Assembly: GCA_965207855.1 (NCBI GenBank)
Contig: OZ242310.1
Coordinates: forward strand, 3,444,202-3,508,201
Reading direction: 5' to 3'
Source of the DNA: Candidatus Poribacteria bacterium
Lineage (GTDB): Bacteria > Poribacteria > WGA-4E > WGA-3G
DNA length: 64,000 bases
The notes beneath the pieces were generated by a model, which worked only from the letters and a program-made list of their open reading frames with translations, was not told the origin of the DNA and searched no databases. Of the stretch, positions 55,507-64,000 are shown in pieces. The translations under genes were made by a program, and so were the position numbers. Positions within the stretch are counted from its first letter, which is position 1. Every line of letters begins with the position of its first letter.

Positions 55507-57315
55507 GTGTTTGGCATGGGAGGCGACCTATACGAATATAGCGATGAGGAGCAGGACCTCGGGAAAGTCTATGATCGCGTGCTGATGAGACGGCTCTTGG
55601 CATATCTCAAGCCCTATAAACTCCAATTGTTTATCATCGGGTTTCTCATGGTCGGGAATACGCTTGCACGTTTGGCTGGACCCTACCTGCTGCAGCGCGG
55701 TATTGACGAGCACATTACCCCGGGCGTATTAGACGGATTAAGCACAATCGTGATTTTCTTCGTAGTGGCACTGATTGGCGAGTTCGTATTTAGTTACTTT
55801 GAGGAATACCGTATGCAGATGATTGGACAACGCGTGATGCACGATCTGCGGCAAACCCTCTTTTCACATTTGCAACGTTTAGACGTGCAGTTTTTCGATA
55901 AGAATCCTGTCGGTAGACTGATGACCCGTGTTATGGGCGATGTTCAGGTCCTCAACGAACTCTTTGCTTCTGGCGTGATTACTGTTTTCGCGAATCTGCT
56001 TCAGATTTTGGGTATCATGGTGGCAATGCTCCTGTATAACTGGAAACTTGCCCTTGTGACATTCACTGTCATACCGATTATCTTCGGCGCAACGCTTGTT
56101 TACCAAATCTATTCGCGGCGTGCTTTTCGGGAACAACGGAAGCAGCTCGCACGGATCAATGCCTTTTTACAGGAAAACATCGTCGGTATGACGACGATGA
56201 AGCTTTTCGCACAAGAACGCCGGAGCCATCTCCGTTTTAACGAGCGCAACCGGAGATACCTCGCTGCCAACCTTCGGAGTATCTTCTATTTTTCTATTTT
56301 TCACCCGCTGATTGAAGTGACGGCTTCGCTTGCGATAGCCGTGATTATCTGGTACGGTGGTGGACAGGTTGTTCAGAACGCCCTGAGTTTCGGTGTACTG
56401 TTAGCATTTATCCGTTATGCTGAACGCTTCTTCTGGCCCATACGAGAACTCAGCGAAAAATATACCATCTTCCAAAACGCCATGGCTTCCTCCGAACGCA
56501 TCTTCCAATTGCTTGATACGCAACCGACGATCGCTTCTGCCGTCCCTAAAAGTGGTACCAAGACGCTGAAAGGTGAGATTGAATTTCGGAATGTCTGGTT
56601 CGCCTATAACGATGATGACTACGTGCTGCAAGATGTCTCATTCAAAGTGAAACCGGGTGAAAAGGTCGCGCTTGTTGGGCATACCGGTGCCGGGAAAACC
56701 TCTATCATCAATCTGCTTTGCCGATTCTACGAGATTAACAAAGGTCAAATCCTGATTGACGGTGTAGACATCCGAGAGATGAACGTGGAGGAACTCCGGG
56801 AAGCCATCAGCATTGTGCAACAGAACATCTTCCTCTTTTCCGATTCAATTGAACGGAACATCAGTTTAGGCAATCCATCAATCTCATCAGAGCAGGTCGA
56901 ACGCGCCGCAAAAGATGTGCATTTAGATCGGTTTATTCAGAAGATGCCACAAGTTTACGGCACTGAAATTAAAGAGGACGGCGGTGGGTTATCCGTTGGA
57001 CAGAAACAGTTGGTCGCATTTGCCCGTGCTTTGGCTTCTGATCCAAGTATCCTTATCCTTGACGAGGCGACATCAAGCGTTGACACCGAGACCGAAATCT
57101 TGATTGAGGACGCACTTAAACGTTTGATGGCGAATCGAACTTCTGTTGTTATCGCACACCGGCTCTCAACAATCCAGAATGCCGATAGGATTATCGTGAT
57201 GCACCGCGGGGAAATTCGGGAGACTGGCACACACCAGGAGTTATTACAAAAGGGAGGCATCTATCATCGCCTGTATCAATTGCAATACAAGGGACAGGAA
57301 AGAAATGGGGGGTAA
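55507..57315 (+). CDS. ABC exporter, fused permease/ATPase (MdlB-like), second of the pair
   Basis: Walker A GHTGAGKTS, signature LSVGQKQL, Walker B ILILDEATS. AAAGGAGG RBS before the GTG. Confidence 0.8.
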   Translation: MFGMGGDLYEYSDEEQDLGKVYDRVLMRRLLAYLKPYKLQLFIIGFLMVGNTLARLAGPYLLQRGIDEHITPGVLDGLSTIVIFFVVALIGEFVFSYFEEYRMQMIGQRVMHDLRQTLFSHLQRLDVQFFDKNPVGRLMTRVMGDVQVLNELFASGVITVFANLLQILGIMVAMLLYNWKLALVTFTVIPIIFGATLVYQIYSRRAFREQRKQLARINAFLQENIVGMTTMKLFAQERRSHLRFNERNRRYLAANLRSIFYFSIFHPLIEVTASLAIAVIIWYGGGQVVQNALSFGVLLAFIRYAERFFWPIRELSEKYTIFQNAMASSERIFQLLDTQPTIASAVPKSGTKTLKGEIEFRNVWFAYNDDDYVLQDVSFKVKPGEKVALVGHTGAGKTSIINLLCRFYEINKGQILIDGVDIREMNVEELREAISIVQQNIFLFSDSIERNISLGNPSISSEQVERAAKDVHLDRFIQKMPQVYGTEIKEDGGGLSVGQKQLVAFARALASDPSILILDEATSSVDTETEILIEDALKRLMANRTSVVIAHRLSTIQNADRIIVMHRGEIRETGTHQELLQKGGIYHRLYQLQYKGQERNGG

Positions 57316-57330
57316 GGTGCGTTATCGGAA

Positions 57331-59256
57331 TCAATGCCAGACAATATACGTCGGCATTTCCAATACCAACCCAATCAGGCTCCACACACATCCAAGCGTA
57401 TAATCCCCCAAGATGAGTCCTAAAAAGAACGGTACCGCCTGCCGATAGAGCTTCACGCCCCCAATCTTCAGTACAATTGCCTTTGCCAACCAACTTAGGA
57501 AGATTGGAAACCACAGACCGCTCATCCCCGTCCCACTCACCAGCACATAACCACCGGGATGCAGGGGCCACCAGAGAAATCGAATCTTCATAATCATCAG
57601 GAATATCGTAAATAGGAAACTGCTGCCGATAACACTCAGTTCCGGCACACTCGTCTCCCGTGGACTAACAAGCCACGTTTGTAGGCGATTAAACGTTTCC
57701 CATCCCATGTAAACAATCCAACCACGTGCTTTGCTCCCTGCCCCCATATCGTAAAGGACGTGTAGATACGCCCAAAACGTTATCAGTATCCCGAACACAA
57801 TCGCCAAGATCATCCCAATAAGGAGTTGACGATACCCGATACGACTCCGTTCTGCCAACCTGAACGCCTCCAACTCACTCGGTGTCGGATGTGCGCGGAA
57901 ACACCGAACAAATGGATAGAGAAACGTGAGTCCTGTTAGATTCGCTGCACCGAGACGACGCGTGCCTAATGCAAGCACCATCGTCCGTCCAGGATCGACA
58001 AAGATGAGCTGATGCAACGGCGGTCCGATCTCTGCGCGGATACGGGTAATACCGATAACTAACGGGAAGTAGAACACGAAGAACAGCCCTATCGCCCAAA
58101 ACGTCATCCCCATCTGATGGCAAAAGAAAAAAAGAAACAGCATCCCAACGGTAAAAAGACCCGCCGCAGTCCGATAGCGCATCGGTTCACCGGAGTCGTC
58201 GGGTGCAGCTTCACCACGGCGTTGTGCGATGCCGAAAACTTTCCGCAGAATGCGCCCGTAGTGCCGCCGACCCATCCACAGCGGAATGCAGCCAAACGCA
58301 ATCCATGCCCCTGTCTGCTGCTCAAGGTGATAGATGTTTCGTGCCCCAAACGCGTCTGTTACAATCAGTTGGATACGACTGAAAAGCCAGAAAAACCAAC
58401 ACGAAAACGAGAGATCCAGCGGTGTGAAGAACATCAAACCGATACTAAACGGATAGAAGGATATCCGAATCGGTCCCATCGCGCTCCACGGTTTTGAACT
58501 GAATTGCCCGATTGTTTTGCCTTTGATGGGGAGTGCAGGTATATCAGGAAACAGGTAGTTCAATCCATTCAACAATTCCGCGCTCCCTGCGAGTGCGAAG
58601 CCTAGCCACATCCACGGCGAAGTAAAGAAGCGTTTCGGGTTGCTTGTCAGAGCCAAGGGGAGTTGAACGATTGGATAGTTTAGGCGTTCGTTTTCGGTCC
58701 ACTGTTTTCGGAGAAAAACGGTTACCGCCAGCAGCGTCAACCAGAGCGCGATGACAAAACTCGACCACGCCAGCACGGGGGGTATCCACGCATCTAAGTG
58801 AGAAGGGGTATAGAGAGTAGAATCACCGTTATAGAACCCATCCAAAACGCGCGGGCTTTTAATAGCGATCCACGTCGGGATGTGGTGTCCAAAAAGCGGA
58901 ATCCATTCGTTTTCTGGCGTTGCAAATTGGAAGGCGTGTGCGAGGACAGGGATAAGATACCCCATCATCGTGTGTCCGCTAATCGTCGTTAGCATCACCA
59001 CCATGACATAGATGGTCTGCAAATCCGCCTGCGACATCGCCAGACGCGGCACGAACCGTTGGAACAGTAGATTGATAAGTACAAAGACGAGGAGGGTGAA
59101 AACGGCGTTGAAGAATAGAGACGCGATTGTGAGCTGCGTAGAGTGCCACACCTCTGTTCCCATCAGACACCAGTAACTATTGAAAGCAACAAGCACCAAT
59201 CCAATCAGCAGAATATGCGGTTTGACGAGGTTCTGCTTACTATTACTGTTAGTCAT
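57331..59256 (-). CDS. Large polytopic membrane protein, unrecognised family (paralogue 2)
   Basis: 641 aa. About 40-45% identical to 27510..29438, and about 85-90% identical to 60059..61972. Confidence 0.6.
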   Translation of the reverse strand: MTNSNSKQNLVKPHILLIGLVLVAFNSYWCLMGTEVWHSTQLTIASLFFNAVFTLLVFVLINLLFQRFVPRLAMSQADLQTIYVMVVMLTTISGHTMMGYLIPVLAHAFQFATPENEWIPLFGHHIPTWIAIKSPRVLDGFYNGDSTLYTPSHLDAWIPPVLAWSSFVIALWLTLLAVTVFLRKQWTENERLNYPIVQLPLALTSNPKRFFTSPWMWLGFALAGSAELLNGLNYLFPDIPALPIKGKTIGQFSSKPWSAMGPIRISFYPFSIGLMFFTPLDLSFSCWFFWLFSRIQLIVTDAFGARNIYHLEQQTGAWIAFGCIPLWMGRRHYGRILRKVFGIAQRRGEAAPDDSGEPMRYRTAAGLFTVGMLFLFFFCHQMGMTFWAIGLFFVFYFPLVIGITRIRAEIGPPLHQLIFVDPGRTMVLALGTRRLGAANLTGLTFLYPFVRCFRAHPTPSELEAFRLAERSRIGYRQLLIGMILAIVFGILITFWAYLHVLYDMGAGSKARGWIVYMGWETFNRLQTWLVSPRETSVPELSVIGSSFLFTIFLMIMKIRFLWWPLHPGGYVLVSGTGMSGLWFPIFLSWLAKAIVLKIGGVKLYRQAVPFFLGLILGDYTLGCVWSLIGLVLEMPTYIVWH

Positions 59257-59983
59257 TCCCGCACCTACTGATGTGCTGTAACGCTTTCTTCAACACCGCT
59301 TCGTTGCTGTATTTTTTTAGAGTATCTTGTGCGGTAGAATCGTTGAATTCCCGAATCTCTTCGCATAACAACGGTAGTGCCCGCACAACGTTATCTACGA
59401 TTGTGATGCTCGCCTGTTGTGCCGTCCGTGACATTGGGTTTAAATCGACGGTTACAACTGCTTTACCCATCTTTCGGAGTGCTTCGCATCGGTCCCCGTC
59501 CTCAAGTGGCACAAAAACGACATCGGCTTTAAAGATTCCCTTTGGATGCACGAACTTACGATTGGAATCGATATAGGAGAGTTGTGCCTCGGTTGTCGGC
59601 ATCAGGATGTCGCGGGCACCGTGCTTGAGAAGATACTCCCGGATTTTCTGTTCCCGTCCGGTTTCCGTGTGGAAAATGTTCACCTCTAACGGTGCGTTTA
59701 GAGCCTGTCCCAATTCGATGAGTCCCTCCGGTGCCAACGCTGCCACATTCCCGTTGACGGAGATGACGGGGTGTTCTGCCAAACGCAGCATTGCTGCTGC
59801 GGCGTGGATCGCCTCAATCGCGAACGGTTGTGTCGCTTCTCCGATGAGGTAATCAAAAGCCTCTCCGCGACCGTGTGCGATAAGTCCGTGGATTGAGGTA
59901 ATCCCTTGTTCTACGCCTGCAACGATGGTATCTCTGAGCGTGAGTGAAAGGTATCGGGGATGTGTTTTCGGAACGTCGCTCAA
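59249..59983 (-). CDS. Hypothetical 244-aa protein, weakly reminiscent of the archaeal-type DUF137 / 4-phosphopantoate--beta-alanine ligase (PPS) family
   Basis: TTG start. An 8-nt overlap with the downstream membrane-protein gene implies translational coupling. The family call is from memory and weak. Confidence 0.3.
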   Translation of the reverse strand: MSDVPKTHPRYLSLTLRDTIVAGVEQGITSIHGLIAHGRGEAFDYLIGEATQPFAIEAIHAAAAMLRLAEHPVISVNGNVAALAPEGLIELGQALNAPLEVNIFHTETGREQKIREYLLKHGARDILMPTTEAQLSYIDSNRKFVHPKGIFKADVVFVPLEDGDRCEALRKMGKAVVTVDLNPMSRTAQQASITIVDNVVRALPLLCEEIREFNDSTAQDTLKKYSNEAVLKKALQHISRCGND

Positions 59984-60058
59984 TTGGGTAGCACCTCAGC
60001 AGAAGTTTCCGTCTATTATACCGCCTTTTGCATAAGTTTGCAAGAGGGCTTGAACACC

Positions 60059-61972
60059 TCAATGCCACACAATATACGTCGGTATCTCCAACACCAACCC
60101 AATCAGGCTCCAGACACACCCGAGTGTATAATCCCCTAAGATGAGTCCTAAAAAGAAGGGTATCGCTTGTCTGTAGAGTTTCACACCGCCAATCTTTAGC
60201 ACAATTGCCTTCGCTAACCACCCCAGAAAGATTGTAAACCATAATCTTCCCATTCCAGAGCCACTGATTAACACATAGCCCGCGGGATGTAGGGGCCACC
60301 AGAGAAACCGAATCTTCATAATCATCAGGAAAATCGTGAACATGAAACTACTGCCGATAACGCCGAGTTCCGGCACGCCTGTCTCTCGTGGACTCACAAG
60401 CCACGTCTGTAAGCGGTTAAACGTTTCCCATCCCATATAAACAATCCAACCGCGCGCTTTGCTTGCTGCCCCCATATCGTAGAGGACGTGTAGGTATGCC
60501 CAAAACGTTATCAATATCCCAAACACAATCGCCAAGATCATACCGATAAGGAGTTGGCGATACCCGATGCTCGTCCTTTCCGCCAGACGGAACGCCTCCA
60601 GTTCACTCGGTGTCGGGTGGGCGCGGAAACAGCGAACAAATGGATAGAGGAACGTCAGTCCCATCAGATTGCCTGCCCCTAAACGGCGTGTACCTAACGC
60701 CGTGACCATCGTCCGTCCGGGATCGACGAGGATGAGTTGATGAAGGGGCGGCCCAATTTCGGCGCGGATACGCGTGATACCGATAATCATCGGAAAGTAG
60801 AAAAGAAAAAAGAGTCCAATCGCCCAGAAGGTCATCCCCATCTGAAAACAGAAGAGGAAAAGGAACAGTAATCCCACGGTGAACAGGCCTGCAGCAGTGC
60901 GATAGCGCATCGGTTCACCAGAATCGTCGGGAGGCGGTTCGTCACGGCGTTGTGAGATGCCGAAAACTTTACGGATAATACGTCCATAGTGCCGTCGTCC
61001 CATCCACAACGGGATGCATCCAAACGCAAGCCACGCCCCCGTCTGCTGTTCAAACCTATAGATATCGCGTGCGCCGAGCATATCTGTCACAACCATCTGC
61101 AGACGGGTCAGTAACCAGAAAAACCAGCAGGAAAACGAGAGATCCAGCGGCGTGAAGAACATCAAACCGATGCTGAATGGATAGAGGGAGATCCGAATCG
61201 GTCCCATCGCACTCCACGGCTTTGAACTGAATTGCCCAAGCACTCTGTTTCTAATCGGTAGGGAAGGGATTTCTGGATACAGGAAACTCAGTCCGTTTAG
61301 GAGTTCCGCACTCCCCGCAATTGCAAATCCGAGCCACATCCACGGCGAGGTAAAGAAGCGTTTCGGATTGCTCGTCAGTGCCAAGGGGAGTTGGACGATT
61401 GGATAGTTCAGGCGTTCGTTTTCCGTCCACTGTTTACGGAGAAAGATCGTCACTGCCAGCAATGTCAGCCAGAGGGCGATGACAAAACTCGACCATGCCA
61501 GCACGGGCGATATCCATGCGTTTAGCGTGGCAGAATTATAAAGTGTAGCATCCCCGTTGTAGAACCCGTCTAAGATGCGCGGACTTTTGACTGCAATCCA
61601 ACTCGGGATACTGTTTCCAAAGAGCGATAGCCACTCATTTTCGGGGCTTGCGAACTGAAATGTATGTGTGAGGACGGGGATGAGGTACCCCATCATGGTG
61701 TGTCCACTAATTGTGGATACCATCACCACCATCACATAGATGGTTTGCAGATCGGCTTGCGACATCGCCAGACGCGGCACGAATCTTTGGAACAGGAGGT
61801 TAACAAGCACGAAAACAAGGAGGGTAAAGACCGCATTAAAGAACAGTGAGGCGATGGTTAGCTGCGTAGAGTGCCACACCTCTGTTCCCATCAGGCACCA
61901 GTAGCTATTAAAAGCGACGAGAGCCAACCCAATCAATAGAATGTGAGGTTTGACACGGTTCTGTTCCGCCAA
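60059..61972 (-). CDS. Large polytopic membrane protein, unrecognised family (paralogue 3, recent tandem duplicate); TTG start re-called, track ORF extends to 62095
   Basis: It aligns from LAEQNRVKPHILLIGL with paralogue 2 (MTNSNSKQNLVKPHILLIGL). GAGGTG lies 7 nt upstream of the TTG. Confidence 0.55.
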   Translation of the reverse strand: MAEQNRVKPHILLIGLALVAFNSYWCLMGTEVWHSTQLTIASLFFNAVFTLLVFVLVNLLFQRFVPRLAMSQADLQTIYVMVVMVSTISGHTMMGYLIPVLTHTFQFASPENEWLSLFGNSIPSWIAVKSPRILDGFYNGDATLYNSATLNAWISPVLAWSSFVIALWLTLLAVTIFLRKQWTENERLNYPIVQLPLALTSNPKRFFTSPWMWLGFAIAGSAELLNGLSFLYPEIPSLPIRNRVLGQFSSKPWSAMGPIRISLYPFSIGLMFFTPLDLSFSCWFFWLLTRLQMVVTDMLGARDIYRFEQQTGAWLAFGCIPLWMGRRHYGRIIRKVFGISQRRDEPPPDDSGEPMRYRTAAGLFTVGLLFLFLFCFQMGMTFWAIGLFFLFYFPMIIGITRIRAEIGPPLHQLILVDPGRTMVTALGTRRLGAGNLMGLTFLYPFVRCFRAHPTPSELEAFRLAERTSIGYRQLLIGMILAIVFGILITFWAYLHVLYDMGAASKARGWIVYMGWETFNRLQTWLVSPRETGVPELGVIGSSFMFTIFLMIMKIRFLWWPLHPAGYVLISGSGMGRLWFTIFLGWLAKAIVLKIGGVKLYRQAIPFFLGLILGDYTLGCVWSLIGLVLEIPTYIVWH

Positions 61973-62148
61973 TTCGTAGCACCTCAACACAAATTTGCGT
62001 CTATTATACAGTGTTTTGTGTCTGTTTTCAAGAGGGATATCGGACAATCTTATTTTTTTGAAACCTCTTACGAATTGCTGTATAATTTGCTTCAATTTGA
62101 CATCATAGAAAATGAGTCGCGTCTTATATCTATCTCAGATTTAGGAGA

Positions 62149-62533
62149 ATGCATGAAGCATCGAAACGGAAAAGGAACAAACGAACATCTCGAAAGCGAT
62201 TCAGCGAGCTTAACTTGCAGTACCTCGGTGAAAAATCGATCCCGATCTTAAAGAAAAAACTCGCCCAAGACCCGAATTCTGCGGAACTACATAACCACCT
62301 CGCAACTGCCTATCTTCTTTCTACAGGAAACGTATGAAAAACCTGATAAGTCAGCACTACATGCCAGCGTTGCGCTACTTTACATGAAGCAAGGCGACAT
62401 TGATGCCGCGGAACCTTATCTCATAGAGGCACTCATGCTGGATCCAGAGTGTAGCGCGGCACAAAAGGTTTTGGAGGTGTTCAACGAAGAACAAGCAAAG
62501 CAAAGCACTGCCTATGAAACCGAGGCACTCTGA
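62149..62533 (+). pseudogene. Small TPR-like protein split by an apparent 1-nt frameshift near 62330
   Basis: Frame 1 gives ...AELHNHLATAYLLSTGNV*. Frame 2 continues as a TPR helix pair: ...SALHASVALLYMKQGDIDAAEPYLIEALMLDPE. Confidence 0.35.
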
Positions 62534-62789
62534 AGCACAAGTCTCTTCCATTTGGGGGGTGAGTTCCACTAGCGATTTGGCAAGCTGTATGAGGTGAGAT
62601 TGTACTTCGTGTCCGCTGGAGCAAAGACCGACTCCAAACAGTGTGTTTCTTCACGCCAGCGGCGTGATATGTCTATAGAAATTGGAAACGGCTATAGCTG
62701 CACTCCAGCGGAGTGCTATGTCAAAAATTGTCCAAAATTTAGTATGCTCAGTGAAAATGGTAAATTGAGGTCTTGTGGGTGAATATTCT

Positions 62790-64000
62790 ATGATACGATT
62801 TTCTGAAATATGGTACTGGGTTTTAGTAGTGGTTGTTGTCATACTTGCAGCCAGTATAACGATTTTGTTTGGAGAAACAAATGATGTTCCGGTGCTTGAG
62901 GAAACCAGTTCGCCTGATACCCTTAAAGAGGCGGATCCGGTAACCAAGGTTGAACTTCAACCTGAGGATTCTGCCTCGCGTGGTACTACAGTAAATGTTG
63001 ATCCTTCCGACAAGGTTGAACTTCAGCAGCTCTTCAATGACTTGAGGAAGGAATATCTTGATACTCGAGCTAAATTGATGGATTGGTGGTTGGAGTTCAT
63101 TGGGATAATCCTCACCTTTTTTGCTATTCTTATTGCTATTGCTGGTTACATTGGTTTCAGAGAGTTTAGGAGGCTTAGAGATGAAGCACGCCAACATGTT
63201 ACTGAGATACGAAAAGATAAGAAAGAGTCTGATGAACTCATGCAGAATATGAGGCAAAAGGGAAATGCGGAAGTTTTCGACACGCTCTCCGAAAGTGAAG
63301 AATTTAAGAAAAGTTTGTCTGATCTGCTACAAAATTCCGAATTACCTGTTATAGAAAAGGCTATAGCCGATGCATCGGCATTGCAGCAAGATGGAGCAAT
63401 TGAGGATGCTATCGAGAAATGGCGTTCTATTGCTAACATAGTGGAAGGAATTGATAATGCCTCGCGTATCGAGCGTGGTTTTCTGTCGGTTATCTTTATT
63501 CACAGGAAGGAAAACCAGAGGAAACAATTTCCGCCTGCAACGAGGCAATTCGTCTGAAACCAGATAGTGCTGAGGTATACAATAATCGTGGTGCTGCAAA
63601 CGGTGAACTTGGTCAATATGATGATGCTATTACTGATCTTAATGAGGCAATCGCGTTGGATCCAGATGATGCCGAAGCATACTACAACCGAGGAACTGTA
63701 CGCTTCATGAGGGACGAAGATGAATTTGCTTGTGCTGACTTTGATGAGGCGATTCGTCTAAAGCCGTCTCATACGAAGGCGTTTATCAATCGTGGGTCTT
63801 CGAGGGCTAGGCTTGGTCAATACGATGCTGCTATTGCTGATCTTGATAAGGCAATAGCGTTAGATCCAAATGATGCCCAGGCATACTATAACCGAGGATG
63901 TATGAAATTCCTACTCGGCGCAGATACAGAAGCTTCTGTCAACTTTGATGAGTCGATCCACTTTGAAAATGCAAAGTCGGATTTCCAAAATGCATTAGAC
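62790..64000 (+). CDS. Membrane-anchored TPR-repeat protein (continues past the window end) with an apparent frameshift near 63465
   Basis: N-terminal TM helix IWYWVLVVVVVILAASITILF. After about 63460 the TPR repeats (AWFSVGYLYSQEGKPEE..AIRLKPDSAEVYNNRG..) continue in a different frame to the window edge. Confidence 0.45.

Overview
This 64 kb window is a chromosomal segment from a bacterium with about 50% GC. The organism is probably Planctomycetes-like or a related candidate phylum; the basis for that guess is PSCyt1-like and dockerin-like domains fused in two secreted proteins, which is suggestive rather than conclusive. The ORF track labels GTG and TTG starts as M, and I re-called several starts from RBS context, so coordinates may be off by 1-2 nt.

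Housekeeping genes: argJ, thrS, an iscS/nifS-like cysteine desulfurase, gnd, an Mrp/ApbC Fe-S carrier, a Gly-Cys-Val tRNA cluster, and a YitJ-like homocysteine methyltransferase/MTHFR fusion.

Metabolic clusters: a nitrate-assimilation cluster (ANTAR regulator nasT, a structured repeat-rich leader, nirA, narK, nasA), a ThuA/ThuB-like pair, and tandem Ldh_2 paralogues plus an SDR that share a 5'-leader motif.

Mobile elements: an IS3-family element at 40628..41872, plus the terminal inverted repeat of a second copy at the window start in inverted orientation. An IS630-family element is inserted directly upstream of the gnd start codon, and an ISAs1-family transposase sits next to it.

Three families of short dispersed intergenic repeats are present: a MITE-like element with GGGNCATTTAGTTTTAAG termini, a TGTAGGAGCGA-hairpin-TCGCGAC REP-like unit, and CAATTGCTAAC-type palindromic words.

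Four loci deserve a closer look. (1) A tandem pair of secreted proteins joins dockerin-like repeats, a degenerate PSCyt1-like domain, and a C-terminal domain whose His/His/HxH/Met-EMC-YY motif spacing resembles the PHM/DBH copper monooxygenase fold. (2) A three-member family of roughly 640-aa polytopic membrane proteins, two of them in a very recent tandem duplication. Its members sit next to a HypE/PurM-like protein, a class-I methyltransferase, and a DUF137/PPS-like protein. (3) An IS-flanked island encodes an XRE regulator with a perfect palindromic operator, a T5orf172(GIY-YIG-like)-HTH fusion protein, and an AAA-ATPase/PD-(D/E)xK protein; this looks like a candidate defence module. (4) A sigma-54-type promoter lies upstream of a DUF4159-like membrane protein.

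Several ORFs (IS3 orfA, two TPR genes, the first ABC exporter) show apparent frameshifts or missing canonical start codons. I found no CRISPR arrays and no rRNA genes.
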